Positions 36,673 to 47,490 of a stretch of DNA of 64,000 nt are shown here, piece by piece. The position numbers and the translations under genes were made by a program. Position 1 is the first letter of the stretch; each line of letters starts with the position of its first letter. The DNA lies in assembly GCA_012735535.1 (NCBI GenBank), contig JAAYHC010000068.1, forward strand, positions 62,282-126,281, written 5' to 3'. The stretch comes from Bacillota bacterium (GTDB lineage: Bacteria; Bacillota; UBA5301). The notes beneath the pieces are model-generated. The model was not told the DNA's origin and ran no database searches. It saw only the letters and a list, made by a program, of their open reading frames with translations.

Positions 36673-39044
36673 TACTCATCCTCGGAGTCCGGCCGCACAA
36701 GCACCTCACGCGGCTTACTGCCCTGATAAGGTCCGACAATCCCCTTGAGCTCCATCATATCCATTAGGCGGGCGGCTCGGGAATGCCCGATGCGAAAACG
36801 TCGCTGTAGTAAAGATATGGAGGCTTGTCCGCTGTTGACCACCAAGCGGACAGCATCTTCAAATAATTCGTCGTCAATCTCTTCGCTCGCCTCAACTTTA
36901 AGCGTTCGTTCCCCAATGGCCGTCTCATACTCCGGGGTCCCTTGGCTTTTGAGGAACTGAACAACCGCCTCAATCTCTTTGTCGGTAATATACGCTCCTT
37001 GAATGCGGATGGTCTTGGCAGCAGACGGAGACTGATACAACATGTCTCCCCGGCCAATGAGCCGCTCTGCCCCGTTCGAATCCAGGATCGTACGCGAGTC
37101 GACTTGACTGGAAACCGCAAACGCGATCCGCGCCGGAATATTCGCCTTAATCAACCCGGTAATAACATCAACACTCGGGCGCTGCGTCGCCACAACCAAA
37201 TGGATGCCGGCGGCTCGCGCCATTTGGGCGATCCGGCAGATCGCATCTTCGACATCGGATGTGGCAACCATCATCAAATCCGCGAGCTCATCAATGATTA
37301 CCACCATATATGGAAGCGGCTCCAATGGTTCTTTTTCCGCCTCGGTTTCTGCAATATGCTCATCGGTTTTCTGCAGGTTCTTTTGTTGTTCCGCCACCCA
37401 GGCATTGTACTTTTCCAGGCTACGAACCCCGGCTTGGGCAAAGAGCTCATAGCGATTCTCCATCTCCTCAACGACCCATTTGAGAGCCGCTGCTGCTTTC
37501 TTGGGATCGGTGATGACCGGCGCCAAAAGATGGGGGATCCCATCGTAAACGGCCAGCTCAACTCGCTTAGGATCGATCAATAAAAGGCGCAGCTGGTCAG
37601 GGCGTAACCGGTAGAGTAGGCTGATAATAAAAGTATTAATGCAGACGCTTTTGCCGGACCCGGTAGCACCCGCAATCAACAAATGCGGCATGGCGGCCAA
37701 ATCGACGATTTGAATATCTCCGGCTACCCCTTTACCGAGCACTAGCGGCAGTTTATACTTGGCTTGGTGGTATTCGGCGGTGCCAATCACTTCGCAGATG
37801 CGCACCATCTCTTGCCGCTTATTAGGCACCTCGATACCTACCGCTGCTTTGCCGGGTATCGGCGCTTCAATCCGGACATCCTCCGCAGCCAGGGATAGGG
37901 CGATGTCATCCGCTAAACTGACGATCCGGCTGACTTTAATGCCGGGTGCGGGCTGGATTTCATAGCGCGTAATCACCGGCCCACAGTCGATCTGAACCAC
38001 CTTGGCCTCAATCCCGAAGTTGGCCAAGGTCTCCTCCAATAAGCGCCCCATTTGAACTAATTCGGCTCGGGCGGCCTGGCCGCCGCTTTTATCCGGAGGT
38101 AACAACAAATCCAACGGAGGCAAGACATAAGCACCGTCTTTGGATTTCCGTAGCTTTTCCGGGTTAAACTTGGCTAAGTTGTCAGGCTCTTGATAGGTGT
38201 TTATGGCAATGGCAACCTCACTGCTAGCGGCTACCTCAGGCTGGGTACTACGTTTTGCCGGGCGGGCCTCGTCGTTGTTCAGATTAAAGCGATGAGGCTT
38301 GCCCGCCGGCACAGCTTTGGCCGGCAGATCAGCCGAATCATCAATATCAGCTTTGGTAAACACCGGCGATGTACCGAAAACGGAATTGCGGATGCCCCGC
38401 AAGCACAAACCAAGCAAGTAGCCGACTCCAAAAATTAAGCTGCGCACAGCCCGAAAAACGAACTGAACAACTCGGCCGATAAACTGGCGCATGGTTTTAT
38501 CCAAAATCATAATGATTCCGATTAACGTACCCGCACCGAGAACTACGTAAGTCCCGATTACATCAAAAAAACGCAACCCGGCAAAAAGTAAAACGGCCCC
38601 CACGATGCCTCCGCCCTGAGCGGTGCCTACCGGCCGACTGATCTCCGCAAAGGTGAGCGGGATAGTTTCTAATGGTTCCAAGACTAAGAGGCGCATGTGG
38701 GAGTAAGTCAAAAATATTAAAGCTAATAAAAATAGGCCCAGCCTTTTTGGAGTGACCTGCAGCTTGCGGCCGGTAAAGATGGTAAACGCATCAATAAAAC
38801 CAAGCGCGGTGATCAATTTGGCGCCGGAACCTAACAAATAGGTAACTCCGCTCGCAATCCACAGGCCAACCTCGCCGGTATTGAAGCCGGACAAGCTTAG
38901 CAGAATATAAACCAAAGCCGCGGCCAGTAAAACCCCTTTGATTTCCCGGCCCAGCTTAGATGTTTTCTTAACCTCTGTCTGCGGCAGATTGCGTTTTGCA
39001 CGCCTCCTCGTTTTCTCAACCTGATTATTCTTCACCCGTGCCAT
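36669..39044 (-). CDS. ftsK: DNA translocase FtsK/SpoIIIE
   Basis: N-terminal 4 TM, a linker, the motor domain (AGATGSGKS) and a C-terminal gamma winged-helix. The track ORF extends to 39185 and overlaps pgeF. The ATG at 39044 (MARVKNN) is the likely start. Confidence 0.9.
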   Translation of the reverse strand: MARVKNNQVEKTRRRAKRNLPQTEVKKTSKLGREIKGVLLAAALVYILLSLSGFNTGEVGLWIASGVTYLLGSGAKLITALGFIDAFTIFTGRKLQVTPKRLGLFLLALIFLTYSHMRLLVLEPLETIPLTFAEISRPVGTAQGGGIVGAVLLFAGLRFFDVIGTYVVLGAGTLIGIIMILDKTMRQFIGRVVQFVFRAVRSLIFGVGYLLGLCLRGIRNSVFGTSPVFTKADIDDSADLPAKAVPAGKPHRFNLNNDEARPAKRSTQPEVAASSEVAIAINTYQEPDNLAKFNPEKLRKSKDGAYVLPPLDLLLPPDKSGGQAARAELVQMGRLLEETLANFGIEAKVVQIDCGPVITRYEIQPAPGIKVSRIVSLADDIALSLAAEDVRIEAPIPGKAAVGIEVPNKRQEMVRICEVIGTAEYHQAKYKLPLVLGKGVAGDIQIVDLAAMPHLLIAGATGSGKSVCINTFIISLLYRLRPDQLRLLLIDPKRVELAVYDGIPHLLAPVITDPKKAAAALKWVVEEMENRYELFAQAGVRSLEKYNAWVAEQQKNLQKTDEHIAETEAEKEPLEPLPYMVVIIDELADLMMVATSDVEDAICRIAQMARAAGIHLVVATQRPSVDVITGLIKANIPARIAFAVSSQVDSRTILDSNGAERLIGRGDMLYQSPSAAKTIRIQGAYITDKEIEAVVQFLKSQGTPEYETAIGERTLKVEASEEIDDELFEDAVRLVVNSGQASISLLQRRFRIGHSRAARLMDMMELKGIVGPYQGSKPREVLVRPDSEDEY

Positions 39045-39054
39045 CTGACTATAA

Positions 39055-39867
39055 TCACTCCACCAGCCCGATAACTGCTGCCATTCTACCCGTGCGTCCT
39101 TGGTCTCTACGGTATGAAAAATACTGTTGCGACCGGCAACAAGTGCAGTGTGAGCCACCAAAGATATTCTTGTCAGAGATTCCAATTCCCTGCAATATCA
39201 GGGAATTCGCTCGGGCCAGGTCGACGTACCATCCCTGCGCGGAGCGACTAATAAAAGTTAAGTCATCCCCGGCCCAATGCTTGGCAAATTTCTCAACCAC
39301 TTCCGGACCGACTTGAAAACAACACGGGCCAATGGCCGGCCCGATCACAACCTGGCAATCACTCGGCTGGGTGCCATAAACCTCTTGCAAAGTCCAAATG
39401 GCTTTGACAGCCAGTTTGGCCAGAGTTCCCCGCCAACCGGCATGAACGGCACCGATAGCTCCGCGGACCGGATCAAAGATCAGGATCGGCACACAATCGG
39501 CGGTCATAATGGCCAGTGCAGTGCCGGGTATATTTGTGACCAGCGCATCGGTTGCCGGCACAACGCTATCAGCCGATAACGCCCCACGCCCGACCTCAGC
39601 CCGGTCAATTACGGCAACTCGGGCGCCGTGCACCTGCTCAGCCCAGGTCGATCGGGCTAAATCCAGCCCTAAGGCGGCAAAAAATAGTTGCCGATTCTTG
39701 AGCACCGCTTGGGGGTCATCACCAACATGATAGGCTAAGTTGAGTGAAGAAAAAGGAGGCTTGCTCGTGCCGCCTCCTCGTGTACTGAAGCCGTGGACGA
39801 TCCGGCGATCCCCAAAGCCTTCAACGCTGACGATCGTCAATCCGTTTACAACGTGAGCACGCATCAA
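39055..39867 (-). CDS. pgeF: peptidoglycan editing factor PgeF (YfiH/DUF152 laccase-domain protein)
   Basis: 270 aa with a conserved His/Cys pattern. Overlaps nrdR by 4 nt. Confidence 0.8.
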   Translation of the reverse strand: MMRAHVVNGLTIVSVEGFGDRRIVHGFSTRGGGTSKPPFSSLNLAYHVGDDPQAVLKNRQLFFAALGLDLARSTWAEQVHGARVAVIDRAEVGRGALSADSVVPATDALVTNIPGTALAIMTADCVPILIFDPVRGAIGAVHAGWRGTLAKLAVKAIWTLQEVYGTQPSDCQVVIGPAIGPCCFQVGPEVVEKFAKHWAGDDLTFISRSAQGWYVDLARANSLILQGIGISDKNIFGGSHCTCCRSQQYFSYRRDQGRTGRMAAVIGLVE

Positions 39868-40319
39868 GAGTCACCATCTAACAAACTTTGTAGTTCTTGC
39901 ATAAACCGATTAATATCTTTAAACTGGCGATAAACTGAGGCAAAGCGAACATAAGCGACTTGATCCAGCTCGCGCAGCTTGTCCATCACAACATCCCCGA
40001 TGACCGCGGAACTGACCTCCCGGTATTCGTTGAGCAGCTCTTGTTCAACCTCGTCTACCAGTTTTTCCAACCGAGCCAAGGGAATAGCTCTTTTTTCACA
40101 GGCCTTGACCAAACCGAGCAAGATCTTGTTCCGGTCAAACGCTTCCCGGCGATTATCTTTTTTAATCACAATCAAAGGGAGTTTGTCCAATCGCTCGTAA
40201 GTCGTGAACCTGCGACTGCACTCGATACACTCTCTGCGACGCCGAACAGATGCCCCTTCATCGGTGGTACGTGAGTCTAAAACCTTAGTCTCCTCATGAC
40301 CACAGTACGGACACTTCAT
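39864..40319 (-). CDS. nrdR: transcriptional repressor NrdR
   Basis: [22 protein letters not shown] ... [13 protein letters not shown] zinc ribbon plus ATP-cone. The start at 40319 has GGAGG upstream; the track ORF is longer. Confidence 0.9.
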   Translation of the reverse strand: MKCPYCGHEETKVLDSRTTDEGASVRRRRECIECSRRFTTYERLDKLPLIVIKKDNRREAFDRNKILLGLVKACEKRAIPLARLEKLVDEVEQELLNEYREVSSAVIGDVVMDKLRELDQVAYVRFASVYRQFKDINRFMQELQSLLDGDS

Positions 40320-40354
40320 ATTGCCTCCAAAAGTAGCCGAACTAATACTTATAC

Positions 40355-40657
40355 TTACTGGCCGGGCAAATAAATATGGGTTCCGCCACCGGTTGAAAGC
40401 GAAGGCATTTCGACCAAGATCACATCGGTTCCGAATCGCTTGATCTGCTCCCACGGAATAACAATGTTTTCGGACCTCAAGAGCCAAAAACTACTTTTGC
40501 CTGGAACAATAATTGATCTGATTCGGCCGCTCTCCAGGTCCAATTCAACGTCCTCGACAAAACCCAAGCGCCGACCATCCTGTAGATTGATGACTTCACG
40601 TAGTTTTAAGTCTGATATTCTGGAAAACAAAGCGGACACCTCCCGCCCCACTCTCAT
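40355..40657 (-). CDS. YlmC/YmxH family sporulation protein (PRC-barrel)
   Basis: [33 protein letters not shown] pattern. The true start may lie downstream of the track start. Confidence 0.75.
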   Translation of the reverse strand: MRVGREVSALFSRISDLKLREVINLQDGRRLGFVEDVELDLESGRIRSIIVPGKSSFWLLRSENIVIPWEQIKRFGTDVILVEMPSLSTGGGTHIYLPGQ

Positions 40658-40703
40658 TATTTTATGTCACCGAGGCCGGAGGGTGTTCCAGATTACCGGT
40701 AGC

Positions 40704-41351
40704 TTAATTGTTCGTTACCATCGGCGCTACCACCACGGGTACCGGTGAGAACGGTATTGAAAAGGGATTGGCGAACTCGATGGTGACTTGCGGCTTTTCG
40801 GAGGGCTCTTGTTCTTGCTGGATACGCACCGGAGTCAACGGGCCGGACATATTGAGAAAACACAACGGCGGAAAGAGCACACACCACCAATTATGCCCCT
40901 TGGCAGCTCCGATCTCCACCCGCAACGCCGGATAAATCCCGCCGGCCAATACAAAGTTACCATAGGCTTTTGTGGGGAACTCATACTCACCAAGCTCTAC
41001 GGAGATCGGATGGGTGTTGCCGGAAGCCAATACGCTCTCTTCGGCGCGTTTGCGCAGATACTCCAGGTTTTCCCGCAAAATATGCCACGCCTGCTCTGTG
41101 GTGATCACATCGGTGAGCAGCTGGCCGGCTGCCTCCAGAACCGCATCCCGCACACTGTATTTGAGTGCCTGGTCAACTGCGGAGTCACTATGTGCGACCA
41201 CGTGCAACCTGATTAAATTATTCTTATTATAAGCCCAATCGGCCGTATCTTGTGTAGAAAAACGCTGTCCTGTTCCGATGAGCAGGCCAACGATGAGCGT
41301 AAGCACCGTACTAATACAGATGGTCATTTTTTTGTTCCTCCTGACCTGCAT
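40704..41351 (-). CDS. spoIIR: stage II sporulation protein R
   Basis: RLHVVAHSDS signature, N-terminal TM, RBS AGGAGG. Confidence 0.85.
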   Translation of the reverse strand: MQVRRNKKMTICISTVLTLIVGLLIGTGQRFSTQDTADWAYNKNNLIRLHVVAHSDSAVDQALKYSVRDAVLEAAGQLLTDVITTEQAWHILRENLEYLRKRAEESVLASGNTHPISVELGEYEFPTKAYGNFVLAGGIYPALRVEIGAAKGHNWWCVLFPPLCFLNMSGPLTPVRIQQEQEPSEKPQVTIEFANPFSIPFSPVPVVVAPMVTNN

Positions 41352-41363
41352 CCGGTTAACCTC

Positions 41364-42140
41364 CTAGTTCGGCGAAATGTATCTTCTCATATGCTTCAGT
41401 GCCGCTTTTTCCAAACGAGAAACCTGGGCCTGGGAAATACCGATTTCTTCCGCAACCTCCATCTGGGTTCTACCCTCAAAAAACCGGAGAGTTAAAATCA
41501 ATTTTTCGCGCTCCGAAAGGTGCTGCAGGGATTCGCGGATCGAAATTCCTTCCAACCATTCACTATCTAGCGTTCGCTCATCGCCGATTTGGTCCAAAAC
41601 ATAGATGGGGTCGCCGCCATCATGGTAAATCGGCTCAAACAGTGAGATCGGCTCCTGAATGGCATCAAGGGCGTAAACAATTTCCTCTTGTGGGATGTGT
41701 AGCTCTGCGGCAATTTCACCAATCGTCGGTTCTTTCCCATACTTTTGCACCAAAGAGTCGCGTACTTGCAAGGCTTTATAGGCCACATCCCGCAGAGACC
41801 TACTAACCCGAATCGGGTTATTATCCCGCAAATAACGCCTAATTTCACCGATAATCATCGGTACAGCGTACGTAGAAAACTTGACATTTTGCGAGAGATC
41901 AAAATTATCAATGGCCTTCATTAGGCCGATACATCCCACTTGGAAAAGGTCATCAACATACTCGCCGCGGTTATTGAAGCGTTGAATAACGCTGAGGACC
42001 AACCGCAAATTGCCCTGAACCAATTCTTCGCGAGCGGCTTTATCACCCTCGCGCATTTTGCGCAAAAGCTCCCGCATCTTTTTATTCGACAGGACAGGGA
42101 GCTTGGAAGTATTAACCCCACAGATTTCAACCTTGTTCAT
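41364..42140 (-). CDS. sigG: sporulation sigma factor SigG
   Basis: MNKVEICGVNTSKLPVLSNKKMRELL...LVLSVIQRFNNRGEYVDDLFQVGCIGLMKAIDNFDL matches B. subtilis SigG almost residue for residue, from memory. The track ORF is 16 codons longer. Confidence 0.9.
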   Translation of the reverse strand: MNKVEICGVNTSKLPVLSNKKMRELLRKMREGDKAAREELVQGNLRLVLSVIQRFNNRGEYVDDLFQVGCIGLMKAIDNFDLSQNVKFSTYAVPMIIGEIRRYLRDNNPIRVSRSLRDVAYKALQVRDSLVQKYGKEPTIGEIAAELHIPQEEIVYALDAIQEPISLFEPIYHDGGDPIYVLDQIGDERTLDSEWLEGISIRESLQHLSEREKLILTLRFFEGRTQMEVAEEIGISQAQVSRLEKAALKHMRRYISPN

Positions 42141-42176
42141 TGTATCCCCCCGCTCATGGCCGCTGCATTTCATTAA

Positions 42177-42206
42177 CAGTATGGCCATGATTTTTCGGAG
42201 GTATAC
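42177..42206 (-). promoter_or_regulatory. putative forespore sigma (SigF/SigG)-type promoter upstream of sigG
   Basis: Minus-strand GTATA, 18 nt, CATACTG, resembling the sigma-G consensus (GnATA ... CATnnTA / CATACTA). Confidence 0.45.
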
Positions 42207-42223
42207 CTAGGCTGTCCGGGTTA

Positions 42224-43249
42224 TTATTCGCAGTAAAATAGGCCCAGCGCATCATAGGTTCGTTTATCAACTTCCCCGGTTACCGGGAGGTTATGATCCT
42301 GTTGAAAGCGTTTTACCGCCGCCTCGGTGGCCGGTCCGAAGATCCCGTCGGCACTTTGCAGATAACCCAAATGGACAAGCTCTCGCTGAACGGCTAATAC
42401 GGCGCTGCCACGAATCCCACCCCGTCGCAGTAACGGGCGATCGCCAATTTCGCTCCATGGGCCGGCGGTAATTAAAACTCTGGTTCCGATTTTGACCCAA
42501 TTGTAGAGCTCTTCAACATGCCGATTATGCATGCGGATACACCCTGCCGACTCGAATCTGCCGATCGACCAAGGCTTATTAGTTCCATGAATCCCATATT
42601 TCCCAAAGGGGGTGCTCAGCTGCATCCATCTGGTTCCGAATCCCCCTCCCCATCTCTCCTTGGAAACGATGGTAAAATAGCCGAGCGGCGATGGGGTTTC
42701 CTCCTTGCCGACCGCAACCGGATAAGTTTTATATGGGACATCATCCGAGTAAACAGTAAGAGTACGGGCGACCACATCGATTTTGAGACGCACTTCGCCC
42801 GGCGGTGGCGGGGTCTTTTCGCCGGCTGCCGGCAAAACAGAGTCCGCCAAGGCCTGCCAGGTCGCCAAATCGACTTCACTATTCGCCGGCAAACCGCGTT
42901 TAGCTTTAAAACTGGCTACCGCCTGTGCGGTCTTGGGACCAAAAGTACTGTCGATCCCGCCGGTATACTCGCCGAGGGCCTGCAATATTTTCTGCAGTTC
43001 GCCAACTACCGGCTCCCGCAACCAGGGTTCGGTTAACGATAGTAAGCGGTCACCATCGCAATCACAGGGATAACTGGTTAGATACCTCGCCTCTTCAATT
43101 TGTTCGCTGCTCTGAGGCACGCCTATGGCCGGCGTTTCTGCGACCGGTTTGCTGGGCAGCGGTTCGGCAGGCTTTGGCAAAAAGCTGTAGGTACCAAGCA
43201 GACCAACTAGTAAGAAAAAAAAGAAAATCGTCAAATTCCGGCGATGCAT
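42224..43249 (-). CDS. L,D-transpeptidase (YkuD domain) with two peptidoglycan-binding domains
   Basis: C-terminal catalytic HGT ... SAGCIRM, two PG_binding_1-like repeats, and a signal peptide. Confidence 0.85.
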   Translation of the reverse strand: MHRRNLTIFFFFLLVGLLGTYSFLPKPAEPLPSKPVAETPAIGVPQSSEQIEEARYLTSYPCDCDGDRLLSLTEPWLREPVVGELQKILQALGEYTGGIDSTFGPKTAQAVASFKAKRGLPANSEVDLATWQALADSVLPAAGEKTPPPPGEVRLKIDVVARTLTVYSDDVPYKTYPVAVGKEETPSPLGYFTIVSKERWGGGFGTRWMQLSTPFGKYGIHGTNKPWSIGRFESAGCIRMHNRHVEELYNWVKIGTRVLITAGPWSEIGDRPLLRRGGIRGSAVLAVQRELVHLGYLQSADGIFGPATEAAVKRFQQDHNLPVTGEVDKRTYDALGLFYCE

Positions 43250-43274
43250 GCTAAGTTCCTCCTCAAACGGAGAA

Positions 43275-43311
43275 CTAAAAAAGGTAGGTGTTTAAGCCTA
43301 CCTTATTTTTT
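43275..43311. terminator. bidirectional rho-independent terminator after sigE
   Basis: Hairpin aaggtagg / cctacctt with an 8-nt loop, flanked by an A-run and a T-run. Confidence 0.8.
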
Positions 43312-43334
43312 ACCAGGTATATTTTTGCTATTCT

Positions 43335-44057
43335 CTATTCCATCCGCCGGATTTCTTTACGCAACTTCTTGATAATGCGCTTCTCCAACCGGGAGATATA
43401 TGACTGGGAAATGCCCAAACAGTCTGCCACCTCTTTCTGTGTTTGCTCCCGGCCGTTCTTCAGGCCGAATCTCAGCTCAACGATTGTTTTCTCCCGAGCG
43501 GTAAGCTTATGCATGGCAGAGTTTAATAGATTACGATTTACACTCTCCTCAATCCCGCGATAAACGATATCACCATCAGTACCCAAGACATCGGAAAGGA
43601 GCAATTCGTTGCCGTCCCAATCCACGTTAAGCGGTTCATCAAAGGAGATTTCCGTCCTGGTTTTGTTATTACGTCTTAGGTACATCAAGATTTCGTTCTC
43701 GATACAACGCGAAGCATAAGTGGCCAGCTTGATCTTTTTCAGGGGGTCAAAGTTGTTCACTGCTTTAATCAGTCCGATGGTTCCAATGGAGACGAGATCT
43801 TCAATTAGAATGCCGGTATTCTCAAATTTTCGGGCGATGTAAACCACTAGGCGCAGGTTCCGCTCGATTAATACCGTTTTCACAGTGCTGTCGCCGTCGG
43901 CAAGGCGCTCTAGAAGTTCCTTCTCCTCATCCTGAGTCAACGGCGGGGGTAGAACCTCACTACTGCCGACATAAAAGATCTTACCTTTGGGTAATAAGTC
44001 AAAACGGAGCAGAAAGCGTAATAAATTAATCCGCAGCCTGAGCCAAATCTTCTTCAC
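43335..44057 (-). CDS. sigE: sporulation sigma factor SigE (pro-sigma-E)
   Basis: N-terminal pro-sequence, then region 2 ([35 protein letters not shown]) and region 4. Confidence 0.9.
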   Translation of the reverse strand: MKKIWLRLRINLLRFLLRFDLLPKGKIFYVGSSEVLPPPLTQDEEKELLERLADGDSTVKTVLIERNLRLVVYIARKFENTGILIEDLVSIGTIGLIKAVNNFDPLKKIKLATYASRCIENEILMYLRRNNKTRTEISFDEPLNVDWDGNELLLSDVLGTDGDIVYRGIEESVNRNLLNSAMHKLTAREKTIVELRFGLKNGREQTQKEVADCLGISQSYISRLEKRIIKKLRKEIRRME

Positions 44058-44076
44058 CCTAAGTTCCCCTTTGTCG

Positions 44077-44985
44077 TTAATCTTCAGAAAGCCTGATCGC
44101 CTCGTGCACCAACTCCGGATGGATTAAGGCGGAATATGAACCATCTTCTGATAACGGCTGTCCATGCAGGCCAATGATTGCTCCGGTAACCTCTATTTTT
44201 TTTTCACCATATCCTACCGTTAAGGAGTCCGGGCGTATTCCTAGTAATAACCCGCTTTTCGTCCCCACCGAGCTATAGGGGATCAACCGCACCCTTGTCG
44301 CCAAAGCCGGGGCATCAACCATCGCGGTTATCTGACTTAAATCCCCGGAGCAGGCCGATTGAACAAGATTGCGCACCGCCTCGTCATTGGCTTCGGCAAA
44401 TAACTGGGCCTCGATGATGACCACCGGATCACGGCTGAGCGGATCGCGCAAACTGTTACCGGTATCCAGGAGCGCGGTAGTAGTTACCCGCACGGCGCCA
44501 AGAACAACCTCGAGCGGCACCAGTAGTGTCTTCTGCCAGAGCCATTGCTGTACAATGCCCCAACCGACTTCCCCAACGCCTAAGATCGTCAGAATTGCCA
44601 CCACCGGACCGGCCCACGCCATCCCTGACAGGCTTTGTGCCGCCATTCCGGCACCGGCTGAGAAAAAGGCCAACGCGTAAAAGTATCCGGCAATTTTGAT
44701 ACCGCCACGCAATGTCGGCGGTTGATAGACCAGTACAATTAATACCAGCGAAACACCGAGTACAATTGCCGGGTTATCTAAGATGGCCAGTGCGGACAGA
44801 AGGCCTACTCTGGCCAGATCAACAAGAATATCGTAGGCGGCCATGACAACCGAACCTAGTAGTAAGCGGCGGGGATTAACCGCTCGCCGGGCAATCATCA
44901 TCGTTGCCCAAAACAGCACAAACGCCTGGACGGTTAGCAACGAAAACAAAAAGATATAGGCCCACAGGTTAATCCGGTATGTCAT
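44077..44985 (-). CDS. spoIIGA: sigma-E processing aspartic protease SpoIIGA
   Basis: 302 aa polytopic membrane protein with a C-terminal protease domain. Immediately upstream of sigE. Confidence 0.85.
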   Translation of the reverse strand: MTYRINLWAYIFLFSLLTVQAFVLFWATMMIARRAVNPRRLLLGSVVMAAYDILVDLARVGLLSALAILDNPAIVLGVSLVLIVLVYQPPTLRGGIKIAGYFYALAFFSAGAGMAAQSLSGMAWAGPVVAILTILGVGEVGWGIVQQWLWQKTLLVPLEVVLGAVRVTTTALLDTGNSLRDPLSRDPVVIIEAQLFAEANDEAVRNLVQSACSGDLSQITAMVDAPALATRVRLIPYSSVGTKSGLLLGIRPDSLTVGYGEKKIEVTGAIIGLHGQPLSEDGSYSALIHPELVHEAIRLSED

Positions 44986-45030
44986 TGGTACTCCCTATGA
45001 AACGATACCTCGGTGCTCAGGTCTTTCCTT

Positions 45031-45060
45031 CCAAAATACAAAAGAAAGGGGTCCCCTTTG
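45031..45060 (-). terminator. possible weak terminator or palindromic site between ftsZ and spoIIGA
   Basis: Perfect palindrome AAAGGGG-T-CCCCTTT followed, on the minus strand, by a T-rich run (tttcttttgtatttt). Confidence 0.35.
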
Positions 45061-45085
45061 GCTGGACCCATTAAGTCTGAAATAA

Positions 45086-46138
45086 TTATCTACGACGCAA
45101 AAATGCCGGAATATCGAGATCATCGCTGGCAAAAGATTTGATTTCCAAGCCATCCGATTTGCTGAGCTGTTCTTGTGCCTGCGCCGTTACTTCAAAGCCG
45201 GCAGCGATGACCGTAACTCTTACTTCATCTTTCATCGACTCGTCAATCACCGCACCAAAGATAATATTCGCTTCCGGATCAGCAGCCTGGGCAATGATTC
45301 CGGCCGCTTCGTTAACCTCAAATAACCCGAGATCCAAACCACCGGTTATATTGAGCAGCACCCCTTTGGCGCCTTGAATCGATGCTTCGAGCAACGGACT
45401 GCTGATGGCCGCATTCGCTGCTTCGGCAGCGCGGTGCTCACCGCTGCGGACCCCAATACCCATGATTGCTGAGCCGGCATTCGACATAATTGTTTTGACA
45501 TCGGCAAAATCGAGGTTGATCAAACCGGGTATGGTAATCAAATCGGAAATGCCCTGCACACCCTGGCGCAAGACATCATCAGCGACCTTAAATGCTTCCA
45601 GTACGGAGGTTTTCTTCTCGACTACCTGCAGCAAACGGTCATTCGGAATGGTGATCAAGGTGTCGACACGGGATTTCAACTCCGCGACGCCTCTTTCGGC
45701 CTGGATCATTCTACGCCGGCCTTCAAAACTAAACGGCTTGGTCACAACTCCGACCGTAAGCGCTCCAATCTCCCGTGCTACTTCCGCAACAACCGGAGCA
45801 GCACCGGTTCCGGTGCCTCCACCCATACCGGCGGTAATAAAGACCATATCAGCATCGGCCAGTAGTTCCCTAATCTCGTCACGTGACTCTTCAGCGGCTT
45901 CCCGCCCGATATCAGGGTTGGAACCCGCACCCAGTCCCTTCGTTAACCGTTCACCGATTTTTAACTGGTAATGTGCATTCGATAAATTGAGAGCTTGAGC
46001 ATCGGTGTTTAACGCGATAAACTCAACCCCCTTGAGATTGGCAGCAATCATTCTGTTAACCGCGTTAGAGCCTCCGCCGCCAACGCCGACAACTTTAATC
46101 TTCGCAAACTGTTGGGTCAGTAGATCAGAATCAATCAT
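45086..46138 (-). CDS. ftsZ: cell division GTPase FtsZ
   Basis: [13 protein letters not shown] tubulin signature. Confidence 0.95.
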   Translation of the reverse strand: MIDSDLLTQQFAKIKVVGVGGGGSNAVNRMIAANLKGVEFIALNTDAQALNLSNAHYQLKIGERLTKGLGAGSNPDIGREAAEESRDEIRELLADADMVFITAGMGGGTGTGAAPVVAEVAREIGALTVGVVTKPFSFEGRRRMIQAERGVAELKSRVDTLITIPNDRLLQVVEKKTSVLEAFKVADDVLRQGVQGISDLITIPGLINLDFADVKTIMSNAGSAIMGIGVRSGEHRAAEAANAAISSPLLEASIQGAKGVLLNITGGLDLGLFEVNEAAGIIAQAADPEANIIFGAVIDESMKDEVRVTVIAAGFEVTAQAQEQLSKSDGLEIKSFASDDLDIPAFLRRR

Positions 46139-46165
46139 CTTTGATAAGCCTCCCTAAAAATAATC

Positions 46166-47431
46166 CTAATCAAGGGGGATAAAGTCTTTGAACCACCTTT
46201 TGACTCTCAGCAAAAGGTCGGCCCAGAAACCTGATCCGGCGGAAACCGGACGCAAGTTTTGCTGACTGTTTTGGCAGGCATATTGCACCAAGCCGATTGC
46301 GGTGGCATAGATTGGGCTTTTTACATAATCCGCCATACCGCCGGCTGATTCAGGATTGCCGATGCGGACCGGCAAACCAAGAATCTCTTGGGCAAGGGCC
46401 TCCATTTCAGGTAGCTGTGAAGCACCGCCGGTTAAAACACATTGGATCGGTGCAATCCCCAACTCGACTAAATTTGCTAACTCTTTCTTAACTAAAAGGA
46501 AAACCTCTTCGGCCCGGGGCTTGACAATAGATGCAATCTTATCGCGCTCAACTTCGGGCAGGTTAGAAAAGAACTGGCCGGAATAATCATACTCACCGGG
46601 AATAGCCGTAGCCGCGGTCTGCTCCAAGGTGTACGTCTTAACCCTCGGCTGACTGTACCGCAGCTTGAGACGCTCAGCCTCTGCAAAGGGAATTCGCAGG
46701 CCAAAGGCCAAGTCCTGGGTAAAGTGGTCTCCTCCGACCGGGATAACTGCCGTATGGATAATAGATCCCTCATGAGTTACCGCCAGGTCGGTTGTCCCTC
46801 CGCCGATATCAATTAAAACGGTTGCGCAGTCCTGTTCCTCGGGCGTCAGCACGCTGGTACAAGAAGCAATCGGTTGGAGGATCAAATCTTCGACCACCAA
46901 TCCCGCTCGCTCGACGCATTTAACCATATTTTGAATGGCGGCAACCGCTCCGGTGACAATATGCACAACCACCTCCAGCCGCTTACCGGCCATACCCTCC
47001 GGGTCTTTGATCCCGCGGCAAGTATCAACGGTAAAGTCACGCGGAATGACATGAATAATCTGCCGATCATTCGGAATTGCCACTACCTTAGCTGCATCGA
47101 TGACTCGTTTAACATCTCGCTCCGTTATTTCGTTTTCATTGATCACCGCTACCACACCATGGCTGTTGAAAGAGGAAATGTGGCCGCCGGCAATCCCGAC
47201 ATAGACGGACTCGATGGGTACTCCCGCCATGCGCTGAGCACTATCCACGGCTGCGGAGATGGCCTGTACGGTTTTGTCTAAATTAACAACCATGCCTTTC
47301 TTTAGGCCGTGAGAAGGGCTTGTCCCAACTCCAATAATACTAACCTCACCGAACTGTCCTCGTTCGGCTATGATCGCACAGACCTTGGAGGTGCCTATAT
47401 CTAAACCAGCGATAATATCCCGTTCCGGCAA
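46166..47431 (-). CDS. ftsA: cell division protein FtsA
   Basis: Actin-fold GLDIGTSKV, 421 aa. Confidence 0.95.
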   Translation of the reverse strand: MPERDIIAGLDIGTSKVCAIIAERGQFGEVSIIGVGTSPSHGLKKGMVVNLDKTVQAISAAVDSAQRMAGVPIESVYVGIAGGHISSFNSHGVVAVINENEITERDVKRVIDAAKVVAIPNDRQIIHVIPRDFTVDTCRGIKDPEGMAGKRLEVVVHIVTGAVAAIQNMVKCVERAGLVVEDLILQPIASCTSVLTPEEQDCATVLIDIGGGTTDLAVTHEGSIIHTAVIPVGGDHFTQDLAFGLRIPFAEAERLKLRYSQPRVKTYTLEQTAATAIPGEYDYSGQFFSNLPEVERDKIASIVKPRAEEVFLLVKKELANLVELGIAPIQCVLTGGASQLPEMEALAQEILGLPVRIGNPESAGGMADYVKSPIYATAIGLVQYACQNSQQNLRPVSAGSGFWADLLLRVKRWFKDFIPLD

Positions 47432-47490
47432 AAGAGACCCTCCTCCACTCCCTATTCATTTCGTCGAGGGCGTTTCATTTCCTTTTTCAG

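Noticed and set aside
39045-39185. N-terminal 47 codons of the ftsK track ORF overlapping pgeF
   Set aside because: Over-extension by the ORF finder. The ATG at 39044 gives a standard FtsK N-terminus and removes the 130-nt overlap.
40320-40487. 56-codon N-terminal extension of nrdR, and similar extensions of sigG (42141-42188), mraZ (60736-60771), yicC (9575-9601), livF (61610-61639) and the SNF2 gene (19696-19761, TTG)
   Set aside because: The conserved protein N-termini begin at internal ATG codons with good Shine-Dalgarno sequences. The upstream parts are artefacts of longest-ORF calling.
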